The position numbers were made by a program, and so were the translations under genes. A stretch of DNA of 62,865 nt, counting the filler, from Choristocarpus tenellus KU-1152 (taxonomy: Eukaryota > Protista > Phaeophyceae), in the NCBI GenBank assembly GCA_964200185.2. It is 10 parts of 10 records of this genome, joined end to end, with 100 filler letters (N's around TTAATTAATTAA, not from the genome) between each part and the next. Parts side by side here need not be neighbours in the genome. Positions count along the whole stretch, not along the records: positions 45,543 to 54,497 come from CAXNAD020004165.1; positions 54,598 to 59,791 come from CAXNAD020011554.1; positions 59,892 to 62,865 come from CAXNAD020023235.1; 7 more parts are not named here. The stretch is one strand, 5' to 3'. The notes beneath the pieces are model-generated. The model was not told the DNA's origin. It was given only the letters and a program-made list of their open reading frames with translations, and searched no databases. Of this stretch, positions 50,636-62,865 are shown one piece after another (the first letter of the stretch is position 1; each line of letters begins with the position of its first letter).

Positions 50636-52998
50636 CTGTGATAGTGAGCACTCACACCTTTGTGATGGCCTCTTCCTCACAATAGCAAATATCTCACCAA
50701 CTTCCATATGTGATTTGACTGCTATCCCTGTTCCTCATCTGGCTGCTGCCAAGCCCCTTATCCGCCTTGCCAGTGCCCTCACTTTACTCTCTTCCACTGG
50801 CGCTTCTCGCTGTGTTTTCATCATGGCATGTGTCACTCACTGTGTGCACTCAATTCACTTGCCAGGTGTTGAGTGTTCACCGCAGTCTGCTCTCTGTGTG
50901 CAGCATAGCCGTTGACGCCAACGCAGACTACAACCTCTTCCCCAAAGACTGGCTCTTTCATCACCGGTGAGAAAATACTTGATTGGAAAAAAGAAAAGAA
51001 GAAGTGTTTGCTCCTTGTGTACATGGCGTTGACCATCTGTTTGACTCGTTGTACCCTACCTTCCTGTGCATGCCCACCTAAGAGGCTTGTAGTGAAGAAC
51101 TTCTGTGATGTGTTTTTGAAAAGTAGTGAAGAGTGAGTTGATTGCATTTTTTGTTGTTGTGGAAGAGTTGGAAGTGAGAGAGGATCGCTCAGCTGGTCCC
51201 ATTTGCTGCCTTAAGAAAAAACATCTACGTCAACTTTTTATTTTATCAAGTAAGACACTTAAGTGTTGCAACGGAAGCATGCCAACTCTCTGAGGAGATC
51301 TTGGAGCTTAAGTGAATCAACTTCTGTTTCTTGAAGTGCAATGGAAGCATGCTTAAGTGGGAGGGGTCGTGATTTTCAGGTGTACTTCTCACTGAAGCAT
51401 TCTTTGTTCCCTTGTAGTGCTCTGTAGCGCTCTGTAGTGAGAAACGTTTTTTCTTCTTTTTTTGCAGAAGATCTTGTTTCTTGTACCTGATTATAACAGT
51501 TGTAGGGTGAAAAGAGTTGGACTGTGGAAGTGAGATGCAGGTATAGACGCAAGCATGTTGGGACTTTTGGATGATGTATGCGCCGACAGCGGGGTGACTT
51601 AAGCCTCGCTATATGAAAATGATTCAATCTGATCAGAGTAGTTCATGAGCCTCTACATGTAAACCACAGTGAGCAGGTGAGCTACTGAACTGTGGAATAG
51701 TCTTTTCTAATCGTGAAGCAAAGTGTGTGTAGGTATGTTGCGGAGTTTGCAAACCTGTCGAGAAGTACTTGTACTCTAGTGTACTTGTTTCAATGAGAGT
51801 TCTTAACCATTTCAGTCTGATAGTTTTGTCCTTATGAAGTGCGCTACTGGGACGGTACTTTGAGGTTTAAAAAATTGAAGTTGAACTCCTCCTTTGAGCA
51901 AAGCAACAATCAAATTTCAAGCCTTGTTTTAAATCTTGCCATGCCCCCTTTTCCAACTGCTACTATGTTTACCTTGACGCGCGCACACACACATTAGTTG
52001 TACACACACACATACATATACATGTATTAGTCTTAGTGCTTATTCCTTGCCCCACTGCACCTTACGTTACTTTTATTTTATTCTCGTGATTCCTCTTTTA
52101 TGTTTACAGGTGGGGAAAGGGCAAAGGCTCTGATGGTGCTCCCTGTGTTTCTTCTGGTCACTGCATCACATTTGAGACGGTTGGTGGCAGGACGACGGCT
52201 GTGGTCCTCGACCTTCAGAAGCGCGGACTTCTCTCTGGTGGTGGGGAAGCAAAATACAACAGCACTGTAAAGAGTCAGAGGAAGGGCAGCACCAAGGTCA
52301 AGGGCAAAGGCAAGGCTGGTGGCACGGGCAGAGGCAATGCCAAAGCAGTCAAGGAGTTGAGTGAGGTTAATACTGCGTCTGGGACTGTTAGTGGGGTCTC
52401 GATAGATGGGAATGATGACGGACAGGGTGGTAAGGATGAGGAGTTGTTCGGGCGTGCCGCCGTGCAAGGTGGACGGGGTGAAGGGAGGGATGGGGACATG
52501 GTTGCTCCTGAAATGGTCAAGTGTGAAGATGAAGCGGTGGATAGGAAGAGAGGCAAGGTGGATATCAAGAAGTTAGGGATCAAGAATGGTAAAAGGTCGA
52601 AAAATGTAATGAAGCAGGAAGATTCAGCTGGATGTGGTGATATAAAGGTTAGGGCCACAGTACTACCGGGTTTGGAGAGCACTGGCGGCACCACTATGTG
52701 GAGAGGGTCACGGAGTAACTGTGTAAAGAACTCTGTGACTGATGTGCCTCTTACCATTTCAGAGTCAGAGACCAATCCTCCTCAGCGCAATTCATTGTCA
52801 CGGCGGGGGGGGAAGTCTGCAGTTGTTGCTCTGATGGTGACAGGTAAGAAGAGGGGAAGGGCACCACCTTCAGCCCCAGAGAGGGTTTGTGACCCTTCTC
52901 ACCCTAGTGAGGTTAAGGCTCTCAGTGGGGATGGCAGGGGCCAAAAAAGGAGAAGTGTTCGTATTTCCCGTGCTAGTATTAGACCAGTGTACACTTGA
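48308..52998 (+). CDS. FPG: Formamidopyrimidine-DNA glycosylase (plant/fungal-type Fpg, zinc-less finger), about 551 aa
   Basis: Exons 48308-48412, 48606-48736, 49200-49332, 50278-50574, 50866-50966 and 52110-52998 are all in phase. Motifs: MPELPEVE, RRGKQLW, FHFGMTG, WPPKFTK, DPRRL, H2TH IKAALLAQ..VSGVGNWIADEVCFQA, WLFHHRWGK, TVGGRTTA. Long K/G/S-rich tail. Confidence 0.95.
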
Positions 52999-54625
52999 TG
53001 TTTAAATGTATATTCCTGTAGTATGTAGTAGTATAACTGGGCACTAGCTCTCTAATTTTGGGTCAATTTTTGATAGTGGTAGCACAGGTGTTTGCCTGGG
53101 AAACCAGCCGAGGTGGTAGAGTAGTACTTGTTTGCTAGTATTGCTATGTGCCAGGAGTCATACTACCTAGTACACATACAGTAAAGGACTTTTGTGCTTT
53201 TTTTGGAATGATCAGATTTGTAGTGCTATTATCACACCAGTATACACATTTACCTCTGGGAGTGAATAATAATTTGTGTATGTGGATATTTGCTCCGGAG
53301 TACATATTTACACAGGTAAGGTAGACTACCAATTGGGCGACAAGAGATAAGGAGATCTTAACACTTTCTGCTTCCAAGTATAGCAGTAGGGATCCATCCG
53401 AGATGGTGATATGGTAGTGCTCATAAGAATGAGTCTGTATTGCTCCTGGAGGCCATATGATAGCGGTTGGGGTGTGATGTTTTGTGGAAACATGGCTGCT
53501 ACCATAACACCTGGAGAATGGAGGCCAAGGTTGATCTCCACTCGATGGATGCCACATGGTGCCGTGAGGTGTAGGAACACAAAGGAAGCCATGATGTATG
53601 CATCGTTGGATAAGTCGATGCATGTATTTTATTTCAATATCCCCTTACGACTATTAATGTGCCTTTTGGTGAGTCAAATGGGTACATGCAGTAGCCAAGC
53701 ATGACAATGCGTAATCAGGCAGGAATATCTCAAAAGCCAAAAACGAGTAGAGTTAGAGCCCAACAAAGGATGTGCTGTGTACCATGTCTACTTCTCTTGT
53801 AAAACAGTCTAATCTATAATGGCGTACTTTAATACTCAGTATACGCTATGTAGTTGTCATCTCAACCAGCACTCATATATGATTTCAACCCAAACCAATT
53901 CTTTTAACTTCACAGTGTCTTTTTTGTTTATGAATCAATCCTTCATGTTCTGCCATGATACACCTGCATAAGGCAGAGTAACGGTGGAATATTTTTCAAC
54001 AATGGACACAAAACATTAATGTGGGGCGAACTGTAGTCTTCCTTCACTTATAGCTTACATGGTGTTGTTGATGTGTAGATGCATTCATTGATGTTGGTGT
54101 GTACGCCTAAGAGGCTCACATCTCATACCCAAACATTCGCACACATACACACCAAGAGGATATAGCAACATTCGAGACACGAAAAAAAAAGCAGACACTG
54201 TAAGAATCCGTTGTAGTACTACAGTAATATATTAGTGTGTACACAGACATGAAGGAGTTGAGGAGGTTCCTTCATCCAAACCTGTTTGATATGTGCGAAT
54301 AGAATTCATTCGTGCTGGGTAGTGATGCGTCTCAAATGAATCCAAAGAGCATTTTTGTACATCTCTTCATATCGAAAAGGTGGAAAATGATTGATATTGA
54401 TGTCCGAATATCAAATATGAACAGGTATCAACAGCCGATTTCAAAAATTGAGGATGGAGCTTTTCATTGAGGATGGGCTTGACCCAAAATTGACTGGNNN
54501 NNNNNNNNNNNNNNNNNNNNNNNNNNNNNNNNNNNNNNNNNTTAATTAATTAANNNNNNNNNNNNNNNNNNNNNNNNNNNNNNNNNNNNNNNNNNNNTTG
54601 TTTGATGGAGGAATCTTGCGCAGAT

Positions 54626-54802
54626 GGCCCAGAGTATCTGGGGGGGGGGGGGTTCTACACCAGGGTGTCCATTTGGATCAAAAACAGGAAAAGTTCACTT
54701 ACGTTATCCATCCGACGTATGCAACCAAATCACCCAAAAATTATGACATGAAAAACTTGACCCCAAAATGGACAGCCACCACCCCCCCAGATACTTTGAG
54801 CC
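54626..54802. mobile_element. MITE family A, complete with TSD
   Basis: GGCCCAGAGTATCTGGGG...CCCCAGATACTTTGAGCC flanked by AGAT on both sides. Confidence 0.93.
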
Positions 54803-55004
54803 AGATGTCAGTGCAAGGCTCTATCACATTTGACAATATTCATCCTGGCTGGCAAGAGGGTGGGAGAATAAGTCCATGCAGCAAGGTCGAAGAAGTGCAT
54901 ATATTTGCTCTACTCTGAGGTGAAGAACAGGGGTGGGAGGAGTCCTCTCATGTCGCCAGCAGGGCTTGAGGAGACATGCAGCAGTTGAAAGTCCTTCTCG
55001 TTAA

Positions 55005-55508
55005 TTAGCACGCAGCCTGAGGGTCTAAGGTCTTCTTCAACAGCTCGACCCTCACATCTTGAATCAGCTTCCGACTGGAGGAGGTATGGGGCAAGAGAGT
55101 ATGGAAGGATCAAATTGCTATTGCAATAAGAATCAACACACATAGGCAACTCACATAGTACTATCCACACACAGAAGTGAGCACACACTGCATAGCTGAC
55201 GCATGCTTTGCACACACACACAACTCAATAGTTGACACACGGCGTAATGGTCTCCTGAGCTTACCTGCCCAGTAATGCTAGTAATACTTGACAGGGTCTG
55301 CCAATGCCAACTTGCCGCTCATGTCAAAGACAGTCAGAGTGCTTGCAAACATCATAATCAGTGAGATCTGCCTATGCTCAAGGGACTTGGCTCAGGTTGT
55401 TGGCCCAACCAGCCTAGCCCACTTCCTGATGTGCTCACGTTGGGTCACATAGGTTTCTTTTCACCACCTCATCTAATCTCTTCCGACCCAGGATGATGAA
55501 CCCTGACA
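55005..55508 (-). CDS. Probable last two exons of an unknown gene
   Basis: 55508-55439 and 55074-55005 join in phase: SGFIILGRKRLDEVVKRNLCDPT|RKLIQDVRVELLKKTLDPQAAC*. Confidence 0.45.
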
Positions 55509-57949
55509 CTGGAGGCGAGGGGGCATGGCACAATACAGGAAGAAGAGAGGCTTGGGACTGTACGACACACTGAAGCAAACATCCACTCCTTAAATTCATT
55601 GAATTCATTTTACCTTGGGCTACACTTTGCATAGTTCGTTCCTGATTGTGCAAGCGCTTGAAACATATATTGATGAGCCTTGTGATCAGGTTAATTCCTG
55701 ACAGTAAGTGAATCGTGAACCAAGGAGAAAATAGGAGGGTTGAGACCATAGTCTATTCCTTGTTTGTTAAACTGTGGGAAATCCCTCTCTATCTCATCTA
55801 TTCTGGGTCCTAAGGGTGACTAAGTTGGGTTAATCTATTACCCCCATCTTCCATGAAGGTGGTTGGATCAGGGGAACTCCGTCCCCAACTCTGTTCCATT
55901 TCTTCGGTGACGTTCCTCAAAACTGGCATGGACATGGACTTAGACGAGTTAAGTTTTTGAAGAAATCTGAGTATTGCGGGGGGGGAGAAGTTCTTTGTGA
56001 TGGGTTGGTGAATGTGAGACTGATTTGATGCACGGAAAAGATAAAGTAGCAAGGAGAGTTGAACGAAATAGATATTAGTTTAATTAGTGCAGTACAAGTG
56101 AGAACTGGGAATTCAGCAAGTTGCTGAGAAAGAGTGCCCATGAAATCGAGGGCTTCAGATTTTAAAATTTGAGGAAGGGTTGTAGGTGCAGGCTAAAGTA
56201 ATTTAAGCTATTTTTCCCACCCACACACCCTCTTCATTATTTACAATTGTGGGGGATGATGGGGGGAGGGAGGAGGTCAAGGTTTGGCAGAGTAGATGTC
56301 TTCTAGTTCAAAGCTACGGTGTATGAAAGCGGACGAATTGAATGTGGAGTGTTTTGAAGGAATGCAGAACATCTTGGATGTGGAGTTTAAGTGTTTTGGG
56401 AGGACTGATGTGGGAGTGGAGATACAAAAATTGGTCGCATTATTTTGTGAGTTGGATATTATGCGGATTTTGACCGCATCGGTTGTGAGTGGCTATATAT
56501 GCGGAAATTGGCCGAATAATTTTGGAGTGGATATACAGAAATTGGGTGTATTATTTTGTGAGTGGAGTTAATGTTGACAGAGCAAGAGTTTGAGCTTGGT
56601 AGAAAATGTTAGTGCTTAGATACCAGATATAAAATTTACTACATAGCCGGAATGGAATGACTACTATGAGAAAATATATGACGGTATGTGTGTACTCTAA
56701 TACATGCCATTCATTGGTATATATTCATGGCATAAATTGCAGCATCGTACCGATCCGCCGAATTTCCCAATACCTCGTTTGAGACAGATCGTGTCTGTCC
56801 CTACGCAAACGACTCTGAAGATGGATCATGTATTTCAAGTTAGAGACATCGGGTAGGTGGCCAAGAAGGGACCTGACAGATTCTTGGGATGCTCCCCTAG
56901 GTCCTCGCCCACCTTTGTAAGGCTAAACTAGGTTAGAAGCATATCTGTTTACACATTACTCAGTAGAGAACGATCTCCAAGGGAATATTCTTGTATGTTC
57001 ATTTTTTAAATAGTACGTACTTCAGGGATGCGCACTAGTATTGACAACAACCGTTGTATCCACAGTAGTCCTTGTCATATATTTTTGGTCATGGTTTTTT
57101 CTCACTCGTGGTAAATATGCAAAATGTTCGTGGGGATCAAAATCTGTACCTGACTGACTGAAATCTCCCGATTTGTCCTCAAAATTATTGGCTTGGAGAT
57201 TCTTTGACCATATTTGGTGTCTCTAATGGTGTGACGTTCCATCAGTATGGAAAGTGAGTGAGGCTAAGAGTGGATGATTGTGATATGAATTAATACGGAA
57301 TTTTGTAACCAAAACAAACCATACACTAATCATCAAAATATTGGAAGGTGCTTGGAACGGGTCATGTCCTTCCCCACCATCTCTACGTCAATTTCTTCAG
57401 TAACTCCTTGAAAAAGCCGGCACGAACTATATTCCCACTCACGAAGCAGCTTTGTTGCGCGAATTCTGATAAATTTGGACCGGCAGACCAGTAATGACGG
57501 GTCTCAAATCCAATTATAGATTTGTACGTGCGATATGTGAAAAGGTAAAAAAATGTCTTGAAAATAAAATACGTAAAATCAAATATAGAACTACTTTGTT
57601 TATTTGATACTTGATAGTTTGATATTGGTAAAACAATATGGAATTTCACCCCCACTCGTCTCCATTCGCCACAAGACATGTATGCCCTTTCGTACAATAC
57701 AAGGAAGAACCTTCTACCAGTGAAGTGTGATCTTAAAAAAACATGTACTACAAGGATAATATCGGAGTATGTACAACATACATGCTACCTCCGCGCCATA
57801 AGTCTGTGCTGCGTTGTCCAAAACTTTTGAAGATGCTGATGAAAATCATTTCTGAAAGAAGATTTGGAATTCTTGACGAATTTCTGGTTAGGGTCAGCTC
57901 TTTCTATTACTATTACTCCCCATCCATCACGATTTTATCTGCCACAGAA

Positions 57950-58746
57950 AAAGCCTCCATGACTACCTTCGCCATGTTTTCAAGCTCACCAGACAACTGC
58001 CTCTTCCTTACCCCTGTGTGCTCCACACTGAAGCCATTCCCCCCTTTGTATCTAAGTACTTGATTGTACACTGCGAAAATGAGCTGCTAAGCCCTCTCAA
58101 GTGTGGTTTCATCATACTCCTCACACTGTTTTTGAATGACCTTTACCATCTCCTCAACAGACCCAAACCGCTCCCCCATCACCCGGCATTTCAAAGACCT
58201 AAAAAAGCACAGGTCCATGATACTGAGATCGGGGGAGTTACATGGCTGCATCACAAGCCTAATCGACCCCCCCTCAGTCTTCCCTGTCCCTGACAAAATT
58301 TCTGAGTTGCCCTTGCCTGTGTGGAGGATGGCACTGTCTTGCTGAATGACAATGCGCTTCCCCTGCAACCAAGACATCTTGGACTTGATTGCAGGCAGCA
58401 ACTCCGTTTACCACTTCCTGTGCCACAAATGGTCTAAAGTACAGTCCTGCTCATACAGATCCCCCTCTTTATGGTTCTTGCTTATCCTGTCCGCCGTTTT
58501 TGGCGCACACACACGCCAAACACCAAGCTTTCCATCAAAGCTGTGAGTCGAATCTGGGTGGGCGTTGGCTGCAATGATCATGGTTTTGGGGATATGACTC
58601 TTGTGCTGCACAGTAGGGGACCCTCGAAGGTCGCTATCATCCTCATGCGGAAATACCCTAACCCTTTCCCCACCAGTCATCACATAAAACCAGGTTTCAG
58701 CCACATGGATCGTATTTGGACTTTTCCCTAACCCTGGTGTGCCCAA
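57950..58746 (-). pseudogene. Tc1/mariner DD39D-type transposase, frameshifted
   Basis: IHVAETWFY (IHxDEKWF with the first Asp lost), VQHKSHIPK, FDGKLGVW, IVIQQDSA, QPCNSPDLSIMDLCFF. Confidence 0.9.
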
Positions 58747-58901
58747 GGACGAAAAAAATAGAACCGTCTGTAAAGCAGAATGTCCTATCTGCAGTATCCT
58801 GTGTAGGTGGGTCCTGACAACAGGGAGGGGGGACGTGCTACATTGTGGATGGGAAGGATAACGTGCTAGACAAATACTTGTGCATTCCTAACCATCAATA
58901 T

Positions 58902-59077
58902 TGCTCAAAGTATCTGGGGGGGAGGATCTACATCAGGGTGTCCATTCGGGCCCTGACCATGAGAAGTATACTTACACTATCTATCCGACGCATACAACCA
59001 TATCGCCCAAAAATAGCGGCATGGAAAAATGGGCCCCAAGTGGACAGCCGCTGCACTGCCCCCCAGATACTTTAGCC
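58902..59077. mobile_element. MITE family A, near complete
   Basis: GCTCAAAGTATCTGGGGG...CCCCCAGATACTTTAGCC. Confidence 0.88.
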
Positions 59078-59959
59078 TATATTTGAGATGTGTATCGGTT
59101 AAAGATGTTGAAAAAATAATTTTGTTAGTTCGGTTTCTCTTGTGCATGGGTTGGTGGCGACAGAGTGGGAAGGGGGAGTCATCACATTGCGCATGGCAAC
59201 AAAACAATACAAACAATGTTTTTTTTATCGTTTTCGTAGCTCCTTGATCTAAAGCAGAATGTGGTTACTGCAGTATCCTGTATGCATAGGTTGGTTACGG
59301 CTGGGGGGGGAGTTGCGACATTGTGAACAGGGGATAAGATTTATTAATATTGACGGCCTCTCTCCTAATCCTTGATGAGCCTGGGTTATATTAACAAATG
59401 AAAGGAGGGATTGGTGTTTGTCCTGTATCGTATTCCGCAATAATTTATCTGTTTCACTGGCCTGTTGTACACAATAATTCCTATAGATATGTTTTGGTTG
59501 CCTTCATTCAACAGCACGTTTCCCTTTTAATGGTTCAAGGGTGCATGGGGGGCAAGCGGTGGGGGAGGTTAGGCTCAAAGTATCTAGGGGGGGGTGGCGG
59601 CTGTCCATTTGGGGTCAATTTTTTCATGTCGCGATTTTTGGGTTATTTGGTTGCATACGTCAGATGGATAATAAAAATGCTGCACTTTCCCTGATTTTGA
59701 CTCAAATGGACACCCTGGTGTAGACCCCCCCCCCCCCCCCCCCCCCAACAAACAGTTGGTGGTTTTTTTAAAAACCACCAACCCCCCACAANNNNNNNNN
59801 NNNNNNNNNNNNNNNNNNNNNNNNNNNNNNNNNNNTTAATTAATTAANNNNNNNNNNNNNNNNNNNNNNNNNNNNNNNNNNNNNNNNNNNNGACACCCTG
59901 GGGTAGATAGACCCCCCCCCCCCCTCCCAGATACTTTGGGTCTATAACCATCATCAAGG

Positions 59960-61130
59960 ATGTAGCATCATATTTTAATTACAGTTGTGTCAGTTGGAAA
60001 TTGGGAATTTTCACTGGAGAAGGAGAATTCGGGTAAGGATAGGTACGATGAGTTGGAAGGAGATTTGGAGGATGAAAGATATTCATATTCTGAATATAAT
60101 GGGTCAGATGAGGATGGTAGCAGCAAGGTGGATAGCTCCGGAGAAACTGGCTCGTGCATCAGGTGAATAGATGATAGGGAGGTTGGCGATTTGCATCGAC
60201 TCGTTATCGTCGTCTAAGGATTTAAAGAAGAAAATTCTGTATTTGAGGTACAAACATGTTGGGATGGTTTCCATGGACCTAAGAACTGCTGACAATTGGT
60301 CTGCTAACTTGACATGGTCGTAGCAGCATTCGCGAGGGTTAACTTTAGAGCTCACTGACTGCTTCAACTTACTTCTCCCCAAGAAAGAGATGGAGCTCAT
60401 GGTGGAGGCTGCTATCTCTTGCATGCGACAAGGTAAGTTTCCAGCATGTGCTACTGACATCTGGCGTATGGTTGGCCCTCTGTTAGCCATGACACTGGTG
60501 GAGATCATCGACGAGAACAAAGTCGGACTATTAGGCAAGAAGGAGGTGTATCAAGTGTACACAGGTGGGAACTGACTCTGGGCAACATGTCACTTACCAC
60601 TGCTTCAGAGGCATCCTGTCAGTATTTCTCGTTGACTAGCTGTGGAAGTGGGGACGGGGAAGGGTGGTATTGGAGCCTGGATGATCAAGAAAGGTGGGTA
60701 GACGTGGAATTCTTCCTCCATGTGAGAAATTGAAATTACCATGCATAACTTCAGCCGCCTGGAAGTGGAGAGTCGGCGAGTCAGTATTGGCACGAAGGGG
60801 ATTGGAAGGCAATGTGGGGTAGATTGAGATACCTCATGTTGCGAAGATTACAAGGAAACAGAAGGGACTTGGGGCAGAGATCAGAGATGTTGCTTGCGGA
60901 CAGATTCGCACCATGTACTTCATATAGTTGGTGAAGGCTATAAAGTTGCAGAAGCTGACAGGCCCTCTCATAGCTAATGCCAGCTTGGCCTGCAGAACTT
61001 ACGATGCATCTCCTTCAAAGTCTCCAAGGAAAGCCCTACAATATCAAAGAATATTCTGCGCTTGCCTCAGTATAGTCTGCTCAATAGAATCTCCAGCTGT
61101 GCTGAGGGCGATATGAGCGCTCACGACTCA
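59960..61130 (-). mobile_element. Possible highly decayed non-LTR retrotransposon 3' region
   Basis: Broken frames including DFEGDAS*VLQAKLALAMRG (QAxLxxxxGG-like); weak match only. Confidence 0.3.
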
Positions 61131-61324
61131 GATATTCTTCTCATGTAAGGACTCCGTCCACCCTTCTGGGCTCACAAGGGTTCTGTTCTGATCATATATT
61201 CGTATGTATTACTTTAGTTCATGGAGTGAGCTTGTGTGAGACAAGATGCTCTCTCTTGCTCATTTAGTGTTAGACCGCTATATGCAGTATCAATACGCAA
61301 AGGTACAAATTCCACGTGTAGTAT

Positions 61325-61580
61325 GAGCTAATGTATCTTAGAGGGTAGAGCCGTGTCCATTTGGGGCCAAATTCCAATGTTGCGATTTTTATGTAATTTT
61401 TGGCTATCGTGTTTGTTAGGAAGTGACAACATCCATGTTCCGGACGCACCTTTTCATACCATACATACTTTACCTACTCCTAAAAATTGTGTAGGAAAAC
61501 GTCATAAAAGAGCCCATGTGAAGCCAAGTCCCGAATGGACAGACATGGGAAAACTCCTACCCTCTGAGATACTTTCGCTC
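61325..61580. mobile_element. MITE family B, complete with TSD
   Basis: GAGCTAATGTATCTTAGAGGGTAG...CTACCCTCTGAGATACTTTCGCTC flanked by GTAT on both sides. Confidence 0.92.
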
Positions 61581-61849
61581 GTATGCAAATAATACGAACC
61601 GGACTGTATCTCTCATGTATATCATATATAGTCGAATAATAATGCTGCTTGACTTATCAACGTCTACAACACCACCCAGAGATCAGTCAATGTATACTGT
61701 CCATTCTAGTAGCTAATTGCTTATCTCAGTAAATGCAGTATTAATTCTCCGAAATCAATACCAACAGCAAATATACACGTAAAACATCTGCCTGATCATA
61801 ACACTCAGGACTAACGGCATCTCAATTCGAGTTAGAAATGACCATTTAT

Positions 61850-62689
61850 ATTCAAACATCGATACCATAAAGTCGCTTGAGTGCGCGTTGCACATTAGAG
61901 TGCTGTCACATCTTCTTCAACTCCTTGTTGAGAAACCCAGGTGTCCCATCCATGATTGTGCGGATAGGTTCCCATATTCTCTTATCATCACTAAAAACAA
62001 ATCAATGAACAAACACTACGTACTCATCTTCTTTCTTGCACAAATCCACTATGGCAGACATCTCTAAATCTCCCTGGTTGTGCATGTACTGGAATGTCTC
62101 CTTCAGCTCCTTCGTCACTTCCAGCTCCTTATTAGAGTAAAACCGAAGTCTTGATACATGCACCTCATGCAAATCTTTGGAGATAATGTTTTGAACTTGG
62201 TAGACATGAGGAGTCTCTGCCTCGACCACTCGCCTGAGACCAGTCCAAGTGCTCACCAGCTTCGGTCTACTCCCCCTCTTGCGAAATCGAGCCACCATCA
62301 CAAAGTCCCCAACAGCAAAGTTTGGTATCTGCCCCTTGCTGGCCACCTGACGTTGTTGAGCTCGGTTTTGTTGTGCTCGCCTCAAGACGTTTCTGTGCGA
62401 TTCCTCCTGTGTCTTAGAAAGCTCCTGTACCGTTTCTCTCGTGGGTTCTGGATGCGTAGCCACTTCTGACCATGAACCACTCTAACTCACCACTGTGGAC
62501 AATGCCATGTATGGAGCTCTCCCGTATAACACTCGGTAAGGTGTACACTCAAATCGCTCGCAGTGAGCAGTGTTCAATGCCCATTGAACTGCAGGCACCA
62601 AATCCACTCATTCCTCAGCGAGCCGGCGTGCTTTATTCAGCATTGCCTTGAGGATCCGAACAATTTCACTCATCATGCGTTCCACTGTT
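61850..62689 (-). mobile_element. Ty3/Gypsy (chromovirus-like) integrase C-terminus and chromodomain relic
   Basis: VERMM.EI...VPAVQWALNTA...TPY, FAVGDFVMV...KLVSTWTG, VHVSRLRFY, YVVFVH*...WEP; contains in-frame stops. Confidence 0.88.
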
Positions 62690-62865
62690 GGGTCAAAGTA
62701 TCTGGGGGGGGGGGGTGGTTTGTGAGGGGGCGTCCGTTTCGGTCAAACAACTCATTTTTGCTGATATATCAAATCCGACACGTGCAACCGAATCGAGCCA
62801 AAGTATCTTAGAGGGTAGAGCCATGTCCATTTGGGGGCCAAAATCCAGTGTTGCGATTTCAATGT
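62690..62865. mobile_element. MITE family C (62690-62794) with a family B copy inserted at 62795
   Basis: Starts GGGTCAAAGTATCTGGGG, then switches abruptly to GAGCCAAAGTATCTTAGAGGGTAGAG. Confidence 0.88.

Noticed and set aside
55750-56600. Possible LINE/Penelope remnant
   Set aside because: Coding-like strand bias but no recognisable motif in any frame examined.

Overview
Eukaryotic nuclear DNA that is intron-rich (GT-AG) and transposon-rich. It is probably a photosynthetic stramenopile such as a brown alga; this is an inference from gene style, TE types and TTAGGG repeats. The window is ten contigs joined by nine identical 100-nt artificial linkers (N44-TTAATTAATTAA-N44), so adjacency across gaps cannot be trusted. 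Most ORFs in the supplied track are spurious or are exon fragments. Hand-splicing recovers: (1) a large minus-strand gene (at least 9 phase-consistent exons, about 840 aa) fusing an IDO/PrnB-like haem-dioxygenase domain, a CPR/NOS-type FAD/NADPH reductase without a flavodoxin, and a cytochrome b5 domain. This is the best candidate for an undescribed system, a self-reducing haem dioxygenase. (2) A complete 6-exon Fpg/MutM DNA glycosylase, head-to-head with a 2-TM gene. (3) Partial GT61 glycosyltransferase, coiled-coil and low-complexity genes. Mobile DNA includes about 18 copies of three related MITE families (AAAGTATCT termini, 4-bp TSDs, Sola2-like), a decayed Sola-type transposase, tandem Copia elements, Gypsy/chromovirus, DD39D mariner and CRE-like LINE relics, and a bacterial IS66 transposase fragment. 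There is also a near-perfect 126-bp-arm foldback (miRNA/hpRNA candidate) and several tandem arrays. All family assignments come from motif recognition only; no searches were run.
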